Shown here piece after piece: positions 24,916 through 33,359 of a DNA stretch of 64,000 nucleotides. The stretch lies in the NCBI GenBank assembly GCA_946625575.1, contig CAMOTD010000005.1, forward strand, positions 34,000-97,999. Direction: 5' to 3'. How positions within the stretch are numbered: the stretch's first letter is position 1; every line of letters starts with the position of its first letter. The notes under the pieces are model-generated. The model saw nothing but the letters and a program-made list of their open reading frames with translations, was not told where the DNA came from and did not search any database. The translations under genes and the position numbers were made by a program. Source of the DNA: an uncultured Clostridia bacterium (GTDB lineage: Bacteria > Bacillota > Clostridia > Christensenellales > CAG-138).

Positions 24916-25467
24916 TTACAGACCGAGCGCCTCGGACACGCGGGTGACGACGTACTCGCGCGTGTTCCACCAGCCCTTGTGGTCAAAGTAGAAGCGGACG
25001 TAGGGCATACCTGCCTTCCTGCAGTCGGAACGCAGCTTGTTCGCCTCGCTCTTTTCGGTCATAAGCTCGACCACGAGCTTATCCGCGCCGTCCTTTTTGA
25101 AGGTGTAGGTGAACCTTCTTCCGGGATCGACCGTATTCAAGACGGTCTCGTACCCGGGGAATTCCTCGGTAAAGACCTTCTTGAAATAATCAAGATAGCC
25201 GCCGCCGAAATTGTACTGACATTCCTCTGCGGGGACGTTCCTGTACCAATCGGGACTGGGACCGGCGGGCTGGGGCACGGAGCCGCCGCCGATGACGAAC
25301 CCGGTGTGACCTGGGATGACCGTGGCGGGCTTGGGCTCCTCCGCGGGCTTTGCCTCGGGCGCTTCCCCGGGCTTTGCCGCGGCGGCATTCTCCTCCTTAA
25401 CGGCGTCGACCACCTTGTCGACGACTTCCTTCTTGAATTTATCCACAAGACCGTTCAGAAAACTCAT
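24916..25467 (-). CDS. hypothetical protein (coiled N-terminus, Pro/Ala/Glu-rich linker, ~110-aa C-terminal domain)
   Basis: GGAGG RBS. Linker AAAAKPGEAPEAKPAEEPKPATV. C-domain ...FTYTFKKDGADKLVVELMTEKSE...PYVRFYFDHKGWWNTREYV. No family recognised. Confidence 0.6.
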   Translation of the reverse strand: MSFLNGLVDKFKKEVVDKVVDAVKEENAAAAKPGEAPEAKPAEEPKPATVIPGHTGFVIGGGSVPQPAGPSPDWYRNVPAEECQYNFGGGYLDYFKKVFTEEFPGYETVLNTVDPGRRFTYTFKKDGADKLVVELMTEKSEANKLRSDCRKAGMPYVRFYFDHKGWWNTREYVVTRVSEALGL

Positions 25468-25534
25468 ATTAAGCGCCTCCGTGGTGAGATTTTATATTAT
25501 TATATCAGCAAAAAGCGGCATTTGCAAGGACCAT

Positions 25535-26437
25535 TTACGCGCCGTTCCGGGCGGTCTTCTGCACGCCGTATATGCCTGCAAGGATAAGGATGCAGCAAAT
25601 GAGACCGATCCAGCTGAACGGCTCGTGCATGAAAACCACTCCTGCGAAGACGGAAACGGCGGTCGTGAGATTTGCGAACACCGTCTCCCTGGCGACGGAC
25701 ATATAGGTTATTGCGAAGCTTGACGTGAAGTAGCAGATGACCGAGCAGCAGACCGAAAGGTAGATCACCGAAAGGAGATATTTCGTATCGCCGAACGGGA
25801 GGAAATAACTCCTCGGCGAGAAGCCGCATTTAACCGCCGCACAGACGGTGAAAACGACGGCTCCGACTGCGATCATCATATAGGTGCGCTCGAAGGGACT
25901 GAACTCCTTCGATATTTTCCTCGAAAGCAGGGTGTAGCCCGTCGCCCCTATGACTGCGACGATCAGCGCCAGCACGCCGATCAGCTCCACCGTGCCGGAG
26001 CTTTTGCCCATAAGCCCTATGCCGATCACGCCTCCGACGGATATCACGCTGAAAATGAGCTGCCCCGCGGTGGGCTTTTCCTTCAGTATGAGCGCCGCGG
26101 CGAGGGTGCAGAAAACGGGGATCATGGCGATCATTACGCCGGAGAACACCGTTCCGGAATGGATTATGCCGTACTGCTCGCCGAAAAAGTAAACGACCGG
26201 CTCCAGCGCGCCGAGTATGACAAGGACCCAAGCCCGCTTGCCCTTGAGCTCAAGCTTTGCGATACGCAGCAGTACGAGCAGGCTCATCACCGCGAACGCC
26301 AGGAGGAACCTGTGCGAAAGCAGCAGGAACACGTTCGCCTTTGAAAGCGCATAGTCCGAGACCATAAAGCTGAATCCCCAGAAGATATGGCAGATCAGCG
26401 CGGCGATTATTACTTTTACGGCAAGCTTTTTATCCAT
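25535..26437 (-). CDS. EamA/DMT family transporter
   Basis: Ten hydrophobic helices in two EamA-like halves. 300 aa. Confidence 0.8.
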   Translation of the reverse strand: MDKKLAVKVIIAALICHIFWGFSFMVSDYALSKANVFLLLSHRFLLAFAVMSLLVLLRIAKLELKGKRAWVLVILGALEPVVYFFGEQYGIIHSGTVFSGVMIAMIPVFCTLAAALILKEKPTAGQLIFSVISVGGVIGIGLMGKSSGTVELIGVLALIVAVIGATGYTLLSRKISKEFSPFERTYMMIAVGAVVFTVCAAVKCGFSPRSYFLPFGDTKYLLSVIYLSVCCSVICYFTSSFAITYMSVARETVFANLTTAVSVFAGVVFMHEPFSWIGLICCILILAGIYGVQKTARNGA

Positions 26438-26691
26438 GCCAACAGTATAATTCGGGAGGATCGTAAATGCAAGGGTTCATTATCGCCAAACGGACCTCCG
26501 GCGAGTGAAAAAAGGCGGCCGCGCTTCGACCGCTTTGAAGGAGGAAAAGCCCCTCTGCTTCCAATACGGTCGAAACCGTCCCCCGGGGACGGGGAAATCA
26601 TTCACCGCATAATAAAAAAGACGGTCCTAAAAGGGTACATATCATTAAGTGAATGCGCCCAACCGTCTTTCTCGTTTTTTGCAATATGTTT

Positions 26692-27498
26692 TTACCCTTC
26701 CGCTTTTTCGTACCGCACGAAATCGTAATCGCTGTGCGCCTCTGTGGTTTTTTTGAGCCATTCATATACCTCGTCCCGGAGCTTCTGCTTGGCTTCGAGA
26801 GCGGGGAGGGAGGCGTCGGGATAGAAGGGCTCGGAGATATAGACGTGCCTTTTCGCGGTCTTCATCCATTTAAGGAGCCCCCTGTGGCGCGTATAGGTCA
26901 CGCAGACGGCGCACACGGGCACGCCGAGCTTTACCGGGTAGCGGAACGAGCCCGATTTGAAATTGCGGATGAACGTGCAGTAGGGCCAGATATGCGCCTC
27001 CGGGAATATCATAACGGAGCGCCCGGAGCAGATGCGCTTTTCGATCGCCTCGACGAAGGGGGGCACGGCGTCCCTTGCGGTGGGGACGGGGATCGCGCCG
27101 AGCATCTGCACTATCACGCGGAGCCCCTTTATCGAAACGGTGTCGGGGCTGACGAGCACCTGCGCCTTTGTGGGGAAGGAGACGAGCGGCCCCGCGAACG
27201 CGTCGAGCCAGTGGGTATGGTTGGCGTAGAGGAAAAAGCCCTTCCCGCCGCGGAGTTTTCGCTCCCTGCGCAGCTTCCGTATGTTCTTCCTGCCGTGTAT
27301 CGTAAAGCCTGAAAAGAGCCAGCAGAGCGCAACGAGCGGCAGCGCGATAAGGTAGTATGCGATGAACTCCGCTATCCGGAACAAGAAGCCGCGGGGGTAA
27401 AACGGGAAGTCCTTTTCGACCGTGCAGGCGGTGATCCCGTTGTTCGCGAAATCGTCGTTCAGCTCGTCCTTATAATAAATGACGTCACCGCGCTTCAT
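26692..27498 (-). CDS. lysophospholipid (1-acyl-glycerol-3-phosphate type) acyltransferase
   Basis: HX4D motif in FLYANHTHWLDAF and downstream FPEAHIWPY (FPEG-type). N-terminal membrane helix. Confidence 0.75.
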   Translation of the reverse strand: MKRGDVIYYKDELNDDFANNGITACTVEKDFPFYPRGFLFRIAEFIAYYLIALPLVALCWLFSGFTIHGRKNIRKLRRERKLRGGKGFFLYANHTHWLDAFAGPLVSFPTKAQVLVSPDTVSIKGLRVIVQMLGAIPVPTARDAVPPFVEAIEKRICSGRSVMIFPEAHIWPYCTFIRNFKSGSFRYPVKLGVPVCAVCVTYTRHRGLLKWMKTAKRHVYISEPFYPDASLPALEAKQKLRDEVYEWLKKTTEAHSDYDFVRYEKAEG

Positions 27499-28630
27499 CG
27501 ACGGCCTCCTTCGTTTCGATGATCATGCGCTCCATCTCGTCCATGCAGTGGTCGAAATTGAAGCGTGCGGAGTAGCCGCGGTAGCTTTGACTGCAAAGCG
27601 CCTTTTCTCTGGGATGCTCTATCCACCAGTCGATCTTCTCGGAAAGATCCTTCGGATCGTTGAATTTGAAGAGGTTTTTCTCGCTCTGGGCGAAATATCG
27701 CGTCGCGGCGCGCGGGGAGTCGTTGATCACGGGCACGAGCCCGCAGGAGATCGCCTCAAGGCAGGCTATCGCCTCGAGCTCTATCTCGGCGGGGTGCACG
27801 TAAAGATCGGCGTAATGCAGCACGTTCACCATTTCCGCGCGGCTGAAGAAACGGAACGCGGGCGGGTTGGGAAGTCCCGAGGAGAGCTTTTTGAGCTTCT
27901 TCTCCTGCGGACCGCAGCCCGCGAAAATGAGCTGTATCCTGTCGCGGTATCTGGAGAGCCCCGCCGCCTTTATGAGCAGCTTGTGGGATTTTTCCTTGCT
28001 GTATCTGCCCGTGAAGAGTATGACGTATTTATCCTTGAATTCCTCGGGCTTTTCCGCCTCGCCCGGTATGAATACGCGGTTCACGCCGTTCGATATAACG
28101 CGCCCCGGCACGCTGTGCCCACAGCCCTTTTCAAAGGTGTCCTTTATGAACTCGGTGGGGTAATGCACGCAGTCGGTATAGCGGTAGACCCGCCTGTAAA
28201 AGAAACGGTAAAGAAGCTTGTTGGCAAGCCCGGCGTTCATCAAAAAGATGTGATTGGTAAAGTTTTCCGCCTGGCAATGGAAGCTTGCGGTGACGGGCAG
28301 CCCCTTTCGCCGTGCGAGCTTCAGCGCGCTGATCGAAACGGGGAAGGGCAGGAGGAGGTGCACCGCGTCCGCCCCGTCAAGCGCCTCGGCAAGGACGCGC
28401 TTGTCCGGCTTTGCCGCCTCGACCCGGTTCTTTTTAAGATACGCGTTAAGCGGACCGAGGTTTAGCTTCGGGACGACGTAAAAGTCCTTCTCTCCCCGGC
28501 GGGATGCATCCGGACAGACCACGCGCACGGTGTGCCCCTTCGCCCGCATGGAGCGGATGAGGTTCATCGCGGCGATCGTCGTGCCGTTGTTTTCCTCTCC
28601 GAGCACGTCGCAGACAATTGTAAGTATCAT
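27485..28630 (-). CDS. GT4-family glycosyltransferase (glycolipid synthase-like)
   Basis: MILTIVCDVLGEENNGTTIAAMNLIRSMRAKGHTVRVV N-domain. C-domain ...ADLYVHPAEIELEAIACLEAISCGLVPV (E-x7-E). Overlaps the acyltransferase gene by 14 nt. Confidence 0.8.
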   Translation of the reverse strand: MILTIVCDVLGEENNGTTIAAMNLIRSMRAKGHTVRVVCPDASRRGEKDFYVVPKLNLGPLNAYLKKNRVEAAKPDKRVLAEALDGADAVHLLLPFPVSISALKLARRKGLPVTASFHCQAENFTNHIFLMNAGLANKLLYRFFYRRVYRYTDCVHYPTEFIKDTFEKGCGHSVPGRVISNGVNRVFIPGEAEKPEEFKDKYVILFTGRYSKEKSHKLLIKAAGLSRYRDRIQLIFAGCGPQEKKLKKLSSGLPNPPAFRFFSRAEMVNVLHYADLYVHPAEIELEAIACLEAISCGLVPVINDSPRAATRYFAQSEKNLFKFNDPKDLSEKIDWWIEHPREKALCSQSYRGYSARFNFDHCMDEMERMIIETKEAVDEAR

Positions 28631-28992
28631 GTTGACAGAGCCTTAAAAAACAGGCGTCCTTTCCCGGCTTCAAATAACCGTAATGCACTTCCGATTTCCC
28701 CTCGGACAACCTCAAAAAGCCCTGCGGGTACGTTGGTTTTTCGCACGACAAAAAGGCCTCCGGAGGCGGCAAACGAAACAATGGGGCATTACTATGGGTT
28801 TTTTATCGGGAATTAATAATAAAAATGCCTGTATGACCGACCGAAAAAAACCTTTGAATCCCCCCGGATCGGGACGCGGCCAAAAAACAATAAACCGGCG
28901 GCGCTTCCCGTGTAAATAATACGATTTTACAGCTGAAAAGTCAAATAAAAAAAGAAATGAAACGTATGCGCCGAAGCTTTATCACATCGGGC

Positions 28993-29853
28993 TTACTGCA
29001 GCATGTGCTTCCTGACGAGCTTCTGCGTGACCTTGTTCAGATTGGATGCGATAACGTCGACGCTCAGGCGGGTCTTCCTTTTGCCCAGATTCCGGTTCAT
29101 GCTGCCTATGGCGGCATAGACCGAATCGACGTCCTCGTATCCGCCGGAAAGGGCGTTCTTCAATATGAAAGACGCCCTGTCATAGCCCGCCGAAACGGAG
29201 GAAACGACGCTGTCGTTATGCAGGAACAGCGACTCCCTGAACGCGGAAGCATTGGGGAAGGTGATCTTAATGACCTTTTCGTCGAAGACCGTGTTCTCGA
29301 ATTGGATCGTGCTGTCGTCATAATACATGCAGATCACGTAATCGAGGCTGTGCTTCGTAAGCGGCCAGACGGGGATATTGTCGATGACTCCGCCGTCGTA
29401 AAAGCTTGTCCCGCTGACGGATACGGGCTTGTTGACGGACGGCATGGCGATGCTCGCCTTGAGATAATCGGCGTGGGTCTCCTTTTCGACGGACCTGAGA
29501 TCGCGGTAGACGATCTTCTTGTTCCCGTGATCGTACAGCGCGCAGTAAAGCTTGGAAGATGCGGGCTCGCTCCTCTCCACGAGCTTGTCTATGAATGCGG
29601 GCAGGACCTTGCCCTTCATAAGGCGCACGACGTTTACCCTCTCCTCGCCGCAGCAGGCGTTCTGCCACATCTTTTTGACGAGATCGAGGTTGCCGGACGC
29701 GTATGCGTAGCCGTTCAGCGCGCCGATGGAGGCAAAGCTTATGTATTTTATATGCTCCGGCGGAATAAACTCGTTGAGCGCATACAGCGCCCCGAGCTGA
29801 TACGTGCCCTTTGCGAGCCCGCCGGATAATACCAAGCCGATGTCCAAGCCCAT
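28993..29853 (-). CDS. patatin-like phospholipase
   Basis: Start at MGLDIG (GAAGGAG RBS). Oxyanion LVLSGGLAKGTYQLG, nucleophile elbow FASIGALNG, catalytic Asp in FYDGGVIDNIP. Confidence 0.75.
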   Translation of the reverse strand: MGLDIGLVLSGGLAKGTYQLGALYALNEFIPPEHIKYISFASIGALNGYAYASGNLDLVKKMWQNACCGEERVNVVRLMKGKVLPAFIDKLVERSEPASSKLYCALYDHGNKKIVYRDLRSVEKETHADYLKASIAMPSVNKPVSVSGTSFYDGGVIDNIPVWPLTKHSLDYVICMYYDDSTIQFENTVFDEKVIKITFPNASAFRESLFLHNDSVVSSVSAGYDRASFILKNALSGGYEDVDSVYAAIGSMNRNLGKRKTRLSVDVIASNLNKVTQKLVRKHMLQ

Positions 29854-29978
29854 TGCTCCTTCGTTGGTGTTCTGTAAAATAAAAGTATAATATTTATGTG
29901 CTCCAATGTCAAGTTTTTGAAAAAAAAGGCGGCGATAACAAGTATCGCCGTCCATGCTCAAATGCCGGTCGAGGGGTG

Positions 29979-30290
29979 TCACTCCCATTCGAGCAGACCC
30001 TCGTCCACGAGGAACTGCTCCATAAAGTCCATATAGTCTTCGACCAAACGCATGAGGTAGGTCTTGTACTGGGGCGCGGTCTCGTTCGCGGCGGCGATGA
30101 GGCGGTCGTATATGACGTCCTCGTCGTAGGTGTCGTCGCCGATCTCGACCATGTAGGCGTGGTCGACGTCGACGAGCCTGCCGATCACCAGCGCGAGCTC
30201 CTCCGGCTTCATGAAGGAGAAATCCCCCTCGTTGTCGAAGTTTTCCTGTATCTTCGCCTTTGCGGCGGCAATGTCAAAAAGCTCTTCCAT
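29979..30290 (-). CDS. hypothetical acidic protein
   Basis: 103-aa ORF with an AAAGGAA RBS. Highly acidic, no recognised motif. Confidence 0.5.
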   Translation of the reverse strand: MEELFDIAAAKAKIQENFDNEGDFSFMKPEELALVIGRLVDVDHAYMVEIGDDTYDEDVIYDRLIAAANETAPQYKTYLMRLVEDYMDFMEQFLVDEGLLEWE

Positions 30291-30317
30291 TTCAGTATTC
30301 CTTTCTTTTTTTATGAT

Positions 30318-30719
30318 TCAGCGGACGTCGAATTCAAGCTCGGGCAGAAGCTCCTGAAGGCTGCGGGCGAATTTTCCGTTGTGCTCGCCCTGTTCGCCGG
30401 GAGCGCCGAGTATCACGACGCCGACGTCATGCTCGTGTGCAAAATCCGCAAGCGATTGCTGTACGTTGTCCGTGCGGAGGATGGTAAGCTCCGCGCCCGC
30501 GTATTGAGCGCAGGTGAACAGATAGTCGATAGCGTCCGCCTCGTCGGGCGAGTTCATGAATTTCTGCCCGTTAAGGACGCTGTGAACGATATAGAGGGGC
30601 GGACGGACGCCGTTCTCGTCCGGCTGACTGCGCTTTACGCCGTGCATTATCAAACGCTCGCACGAGCGCTGCCCCGTCACGCATACCATTATTCCGTTTT
30701 TGATATTCTCATTATCCAT
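30318..30719 (-). CDS. universal-stress-protein-like (Usp/KdpD-N type) domain protein
   Basis: IMVCVTGQRSCERLI...VGVVILGAPGE pattern. Weak assignment. Confidence 0.45.
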   Translation of the reverse strand: MDNENIKNGIMVCVTGQRSCERLIMHGVKRSQPDENGVRPPLYIVHSVLNGQKFMNSPDEADAIDYLFTCAQYAGAELTILRTDNVQQSLADFAHEHDVGVVILGAPGEQGEHNGKFARSLQELLPELEFDVR

Positions 30720-30722
30720 TGT

Positions 30723-31334
30723 TCAGTCACCGTTTTTTGCCGGGGCGAGCGCGTCGATCAGCTTATCCCTTACCGCGCCTCCCCTGTATGACAGGCAGTA
30801 TTCGACCGCGGACTTCGGATCCTCCGCCTCATACCAGAGGTTCAGGTAATCGGGAGCGGCGAAGCCCTCGCTCACGCATTTTTCAAGCTGACGGATGAGC
30901 GGATCGAAATATCCGTTCGTGTTGAGTATCACTATCGCGGGATCCGTGTAGCCGAGCTGCTTCAGCGTCAGCACCTCCATAAGCTCCTCTATCGTGCCAA
31001 AGCCCCCCGCAAGGGCTATGAAGGCCGACGACATGCTCTCCATCGCCGCCTTGCGCTCGTGCATTGTGGGGGTGACGAGCTTTTCGGTGCAGTTCTCATA
31101 ATAGATGCCGGGCTTGTTGAGCTTCTCGGGGATCACGCCGATGATCCTGCCGCCCTCGGAAAAGCAGCCGCGCGCCGCGGCGCCCATAAGACCGGACGTG
31201 CCCGCGCCGAACACCATGCTCCGCCCGGAGAGGGCTATCAGCCTGCCCGTCTCGAACGCGGCGTCGGTATATACGCGGTCGATTTTATTGGACGACGCGC
31301 CGAATATGCAAATGCTGCAGTTCTTCATACTCAT
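30723..31334 (-). CDS. LOG family (TIGR00730) nucleotide phosphoribohydrolase
   Basis: VFGAGTSGLMGAAARG...ALAGGFGTIEELMEV (PGGxGTxxE-type motif). Confidence 0.85.
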   Translation of the reverse strand: MSMKNCSICIFGASSNKIDRVYTDAAFETGRLIALSGRSMVFGAGTSGLMGAAARGCFSEGGRIIGVIPEKLNKPGIYYENCTEKLVTPTMHERKAAMESMSSAFIALAGGFGTIEELMEVLTLKQLGYTDPAIVILNTNGYFDPLIRQLEKCVSEGFAAPDYLNLWYEAEDPKSAVEYCLSYRGGAVRDKLIDALAPAKNGD

Positions 31335-31407
31335 ATCATATCATGCCATAGCGGCGGAAAAAACCTTTTTTGTGTCAAGCTTTTGTAAAACGTTTGTAAA
31401 TGACGGT

Positions 31408-32367
31408 TCAGACGTATTCGGCGATCAGCCTTTCAAGAGAGCCGTTCTCCTGCATCTCGTAGATCAGCATATCGGCAAGCTGGGCGAGCGCCGGTTCGTC
31501 CGACGAGGCGATGATGCAGTAGCGCAGTCTGCCTATCTCGGTCTCAGAGAGATAGTATTCCGTTATCTCCGTTTTGTCGGCAAGCACGCGGCAGTACTTA
31601 TTGACGTAAACGCCGGACATCACCGCGGCGTCTATATCGCCCTTTTTGAGCGCGGCGAGCAGATCGTCGTACGAGCCGAGCTTAACGGATTCCACCGTCG
31701 GCGCGTTGGGATCGGGCGTGGGCTTGGGCTTCTTCAAAAGCCTGTCGATAAGCCCCTGCTCCGGCGTTTTGTTTATGCCGGCGGCGTATGAGGCGAACAC
31801 GTTCCCCGCGGGGGTATCCGGTATGTAGCCTATCTTCAGCTCCGTCGGCGCCTTTTCGGAAGCCTCCTTTGTGAGCGTCATCAGATAGACCGTGTCGGTG
31901 TAATACGGGTAGGAATACGAATACGCGCTTCCGAGCGTGGCGGGCTGCATGGCGATCGCTATATCCGCGCTGCCGTCCTTAAGCTTTGCCGTAAGGGTCT
32001 TTGAAGAGCAGGGGACGAGCTTCACCGGCTCCTCCGAATCGGGGAGTATCTTCTCCGCCAAAAGCCTCGCAAGCTCCGCCTCGAGCCCCTTGCCGTCCTC
32101 GCAGAAGCCGGGCATATCGTCCCGCACCGCAACGGAGAGCACGCCCTTCGATTCTATGCGCTTTATCTCAACGGAGCTCATGAGCCGCGTCTCGGGCTTC
32201 AGAAGCACCGCGGCGATAACGCCCAAAAGGATCACGCCGAGCGCGATAAGGACGATCCTAAGCCAGCGCCCCTCCTTTCCCTTCAGGGAAGGAAGGTCGT
32301 TCAGCCTGTTCTTCAAGCGCGGGGAAAGCCCCTTCGACTTGCCTATTTTGTACGGATTCGTCCTCAT
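31408..32367 (-). CDS. membrane-anchored family-3 solute-binding domain protein
   Basis: N-terminal basic tail and one TM helix (IVLIALGVILLGVIAAVLL), then an SBP_bac_3-like domain (GVLSVAVRDDMPGF...DIAIA...DAAVMSG). Confidence 0.7.
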   Translation of the reverse strand: MRTNPYKIGKSKGLSPRLKNRLNDLPSLKGKEGRWLRIVLIALGVILLGVIAAVLLKPETRLMSSVEIKRIESKGVLSVAVRDDMPGFCEDGKGLEAELARLLAEKILPDSEEPVKLVPCSSKTLTAKLKDGSADIAIAMQPATLGSAYSYSYPYYTDTVYLMTLTKEASEKAPTELKIGYIPDTPAGNVFASYAAGINKTPEQGLIDRLLKKPKPTPDPNAPTVESVKLGSYDDLLAALKKGDIDAAVMSGVYVNKYCRVLADKTEITEYYLSETEIGRLRYCIIASSDEPALAQLADMLIYEMQENGSLERLIAEYV

Positions 32368-32497
32368 ATCATATCATTATAACATGAAAAAAGAGACTTT
32401 ACAACTCAATAAAAGTTCGGGGATCACAAACCGGGAGCTGCTGTTTCGGAGTATTATCTGCGTATCGGATGGTACGGCGCAAAAAACCTCCTTTTTT

Positions 32498-32888
32498 GAG
32501 ACGCTTCGCGGTTTTCAGCCGATATAAAAAAGAAAATCCGGGGACATGAGCTATCCCCGGATATCTTTTTATACGTTGACTTTTTTCAGGCTGAAAACCT
32601 GCATCTCCTTAAGTGCATGCGCCCTTGGGCGCATTCACTTAATGATATGCAGCCTCAAAAGGTATCTTTTTAGCGCCCTGCTGCGTTGAAAATGCTCGAA
32701 AGACTCTCCGAGTATTACTGCGCTTTTCGCCTTGCATGGCGCAAAAATCTCCTCTTTTGAGACGCTTCGCGGTTTTCAGCCGATATAAAAAAGAAAATCC
32801 GGGGATATGAGCTATCCCCGGATATCTTTTTATACGTTGACTTTTTTCAGGCTGAAAACCTGCATCTCCTTAAGTGCATGCGCCCTTG
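32498..32888 (+). repeat. direct duplication: 130-nt core present twice, 261 nt apart
   Basis: 32498-32627 and 32759-32888 differ at one position by my alignment. Each holds GGTTTTCAGCC/GGCTGAAAACC arms around a terminator-like hairpin, ATCCGGGGA-N9-TCCCCGGAT followed by a T-run. Looser similarity extends ~50 nt further upstream. Confidence 0.85.
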
Positions 32889-33059
32889 CGCCCACCGTCG
32901 TTTTTTATCCCGCGATCTTTAGCAATATATTAAAAATTTGGCGTTTGGGCTTGAAAAATCGGCAAAAAGTGGTACTATATAATTTGGGCTGTTATAAGCG
33001 CGGGAACGCGTTTTTCGGTCCGAATACAGCAGCACAATAAACGGGAGGAGTATTTCGAC

Positions 33060-33359
33060 ATGGAAATCAAGAAAACGGGCGTCGCCGGGACCATGGAGTC
33101 CAGCGATATCATCGTCAGGATCGAACCCAAGGAGACCGAGGGCGTCGAGCTTGAGCTGGAAAGCGCCGTTATGCAGCAGTACGGCAAGCAGATCGAGAAG
33201 GTCATCCGCGAGACCCTTTCGGAGCTTGGCGTGACAAAGGCGTACGTCAACGCCGTCGATAAGGGCGCGCTTGACTGCACCGTCGCCGCAAGGACCTCCG
33301 CCGCGGCTTACAGGGCGGCAGAGAGCACCGACTATGTTTGGAACGAGGTGCGCATATAA
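33060..33359 (+). CDS. citD: citrate lyase acyl carrier protein (gamma subunit)
   Basis: MEIKKTGVAGTMESSDIIVRIEP with the prosthetic-group Ser context. 99 aa. Confidence 0.9.
   Translation: MEIKKTGVAGTMESSDIIVRIEPKETEGVELELESAVMQQYGKQIEKVIRETLSELGVTKAYVNAVDKGALDCTVAARTSAAAYRAAESTDYVWNEVRI

Noticed and set aside
22969-24970. Mobile group II intron.
   Set aside because: There is no domain V/VI-like RNA (no GAGCCGTAT...-type hairpin) downstream of the RT. The RT stop overlaps a GNAT gene, and no En/HNH domain is present. The N-terminal 78 codons of ORF-track 23483..24970 are Arg/Pro-rich and overlap the upstream gene's 3' region, so I treat them as non-coding.
28993-29853. Patatin-like phospholipase as a CBASS or other defence effector.
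   Set aside because: No cyclase/nucleotidyltransferase, E1/E2/JAB, or sensor gene is adjacent. The neighbours are lipid-biosynthesis genes (GT4, acyltransferase) and housekeeping genes.
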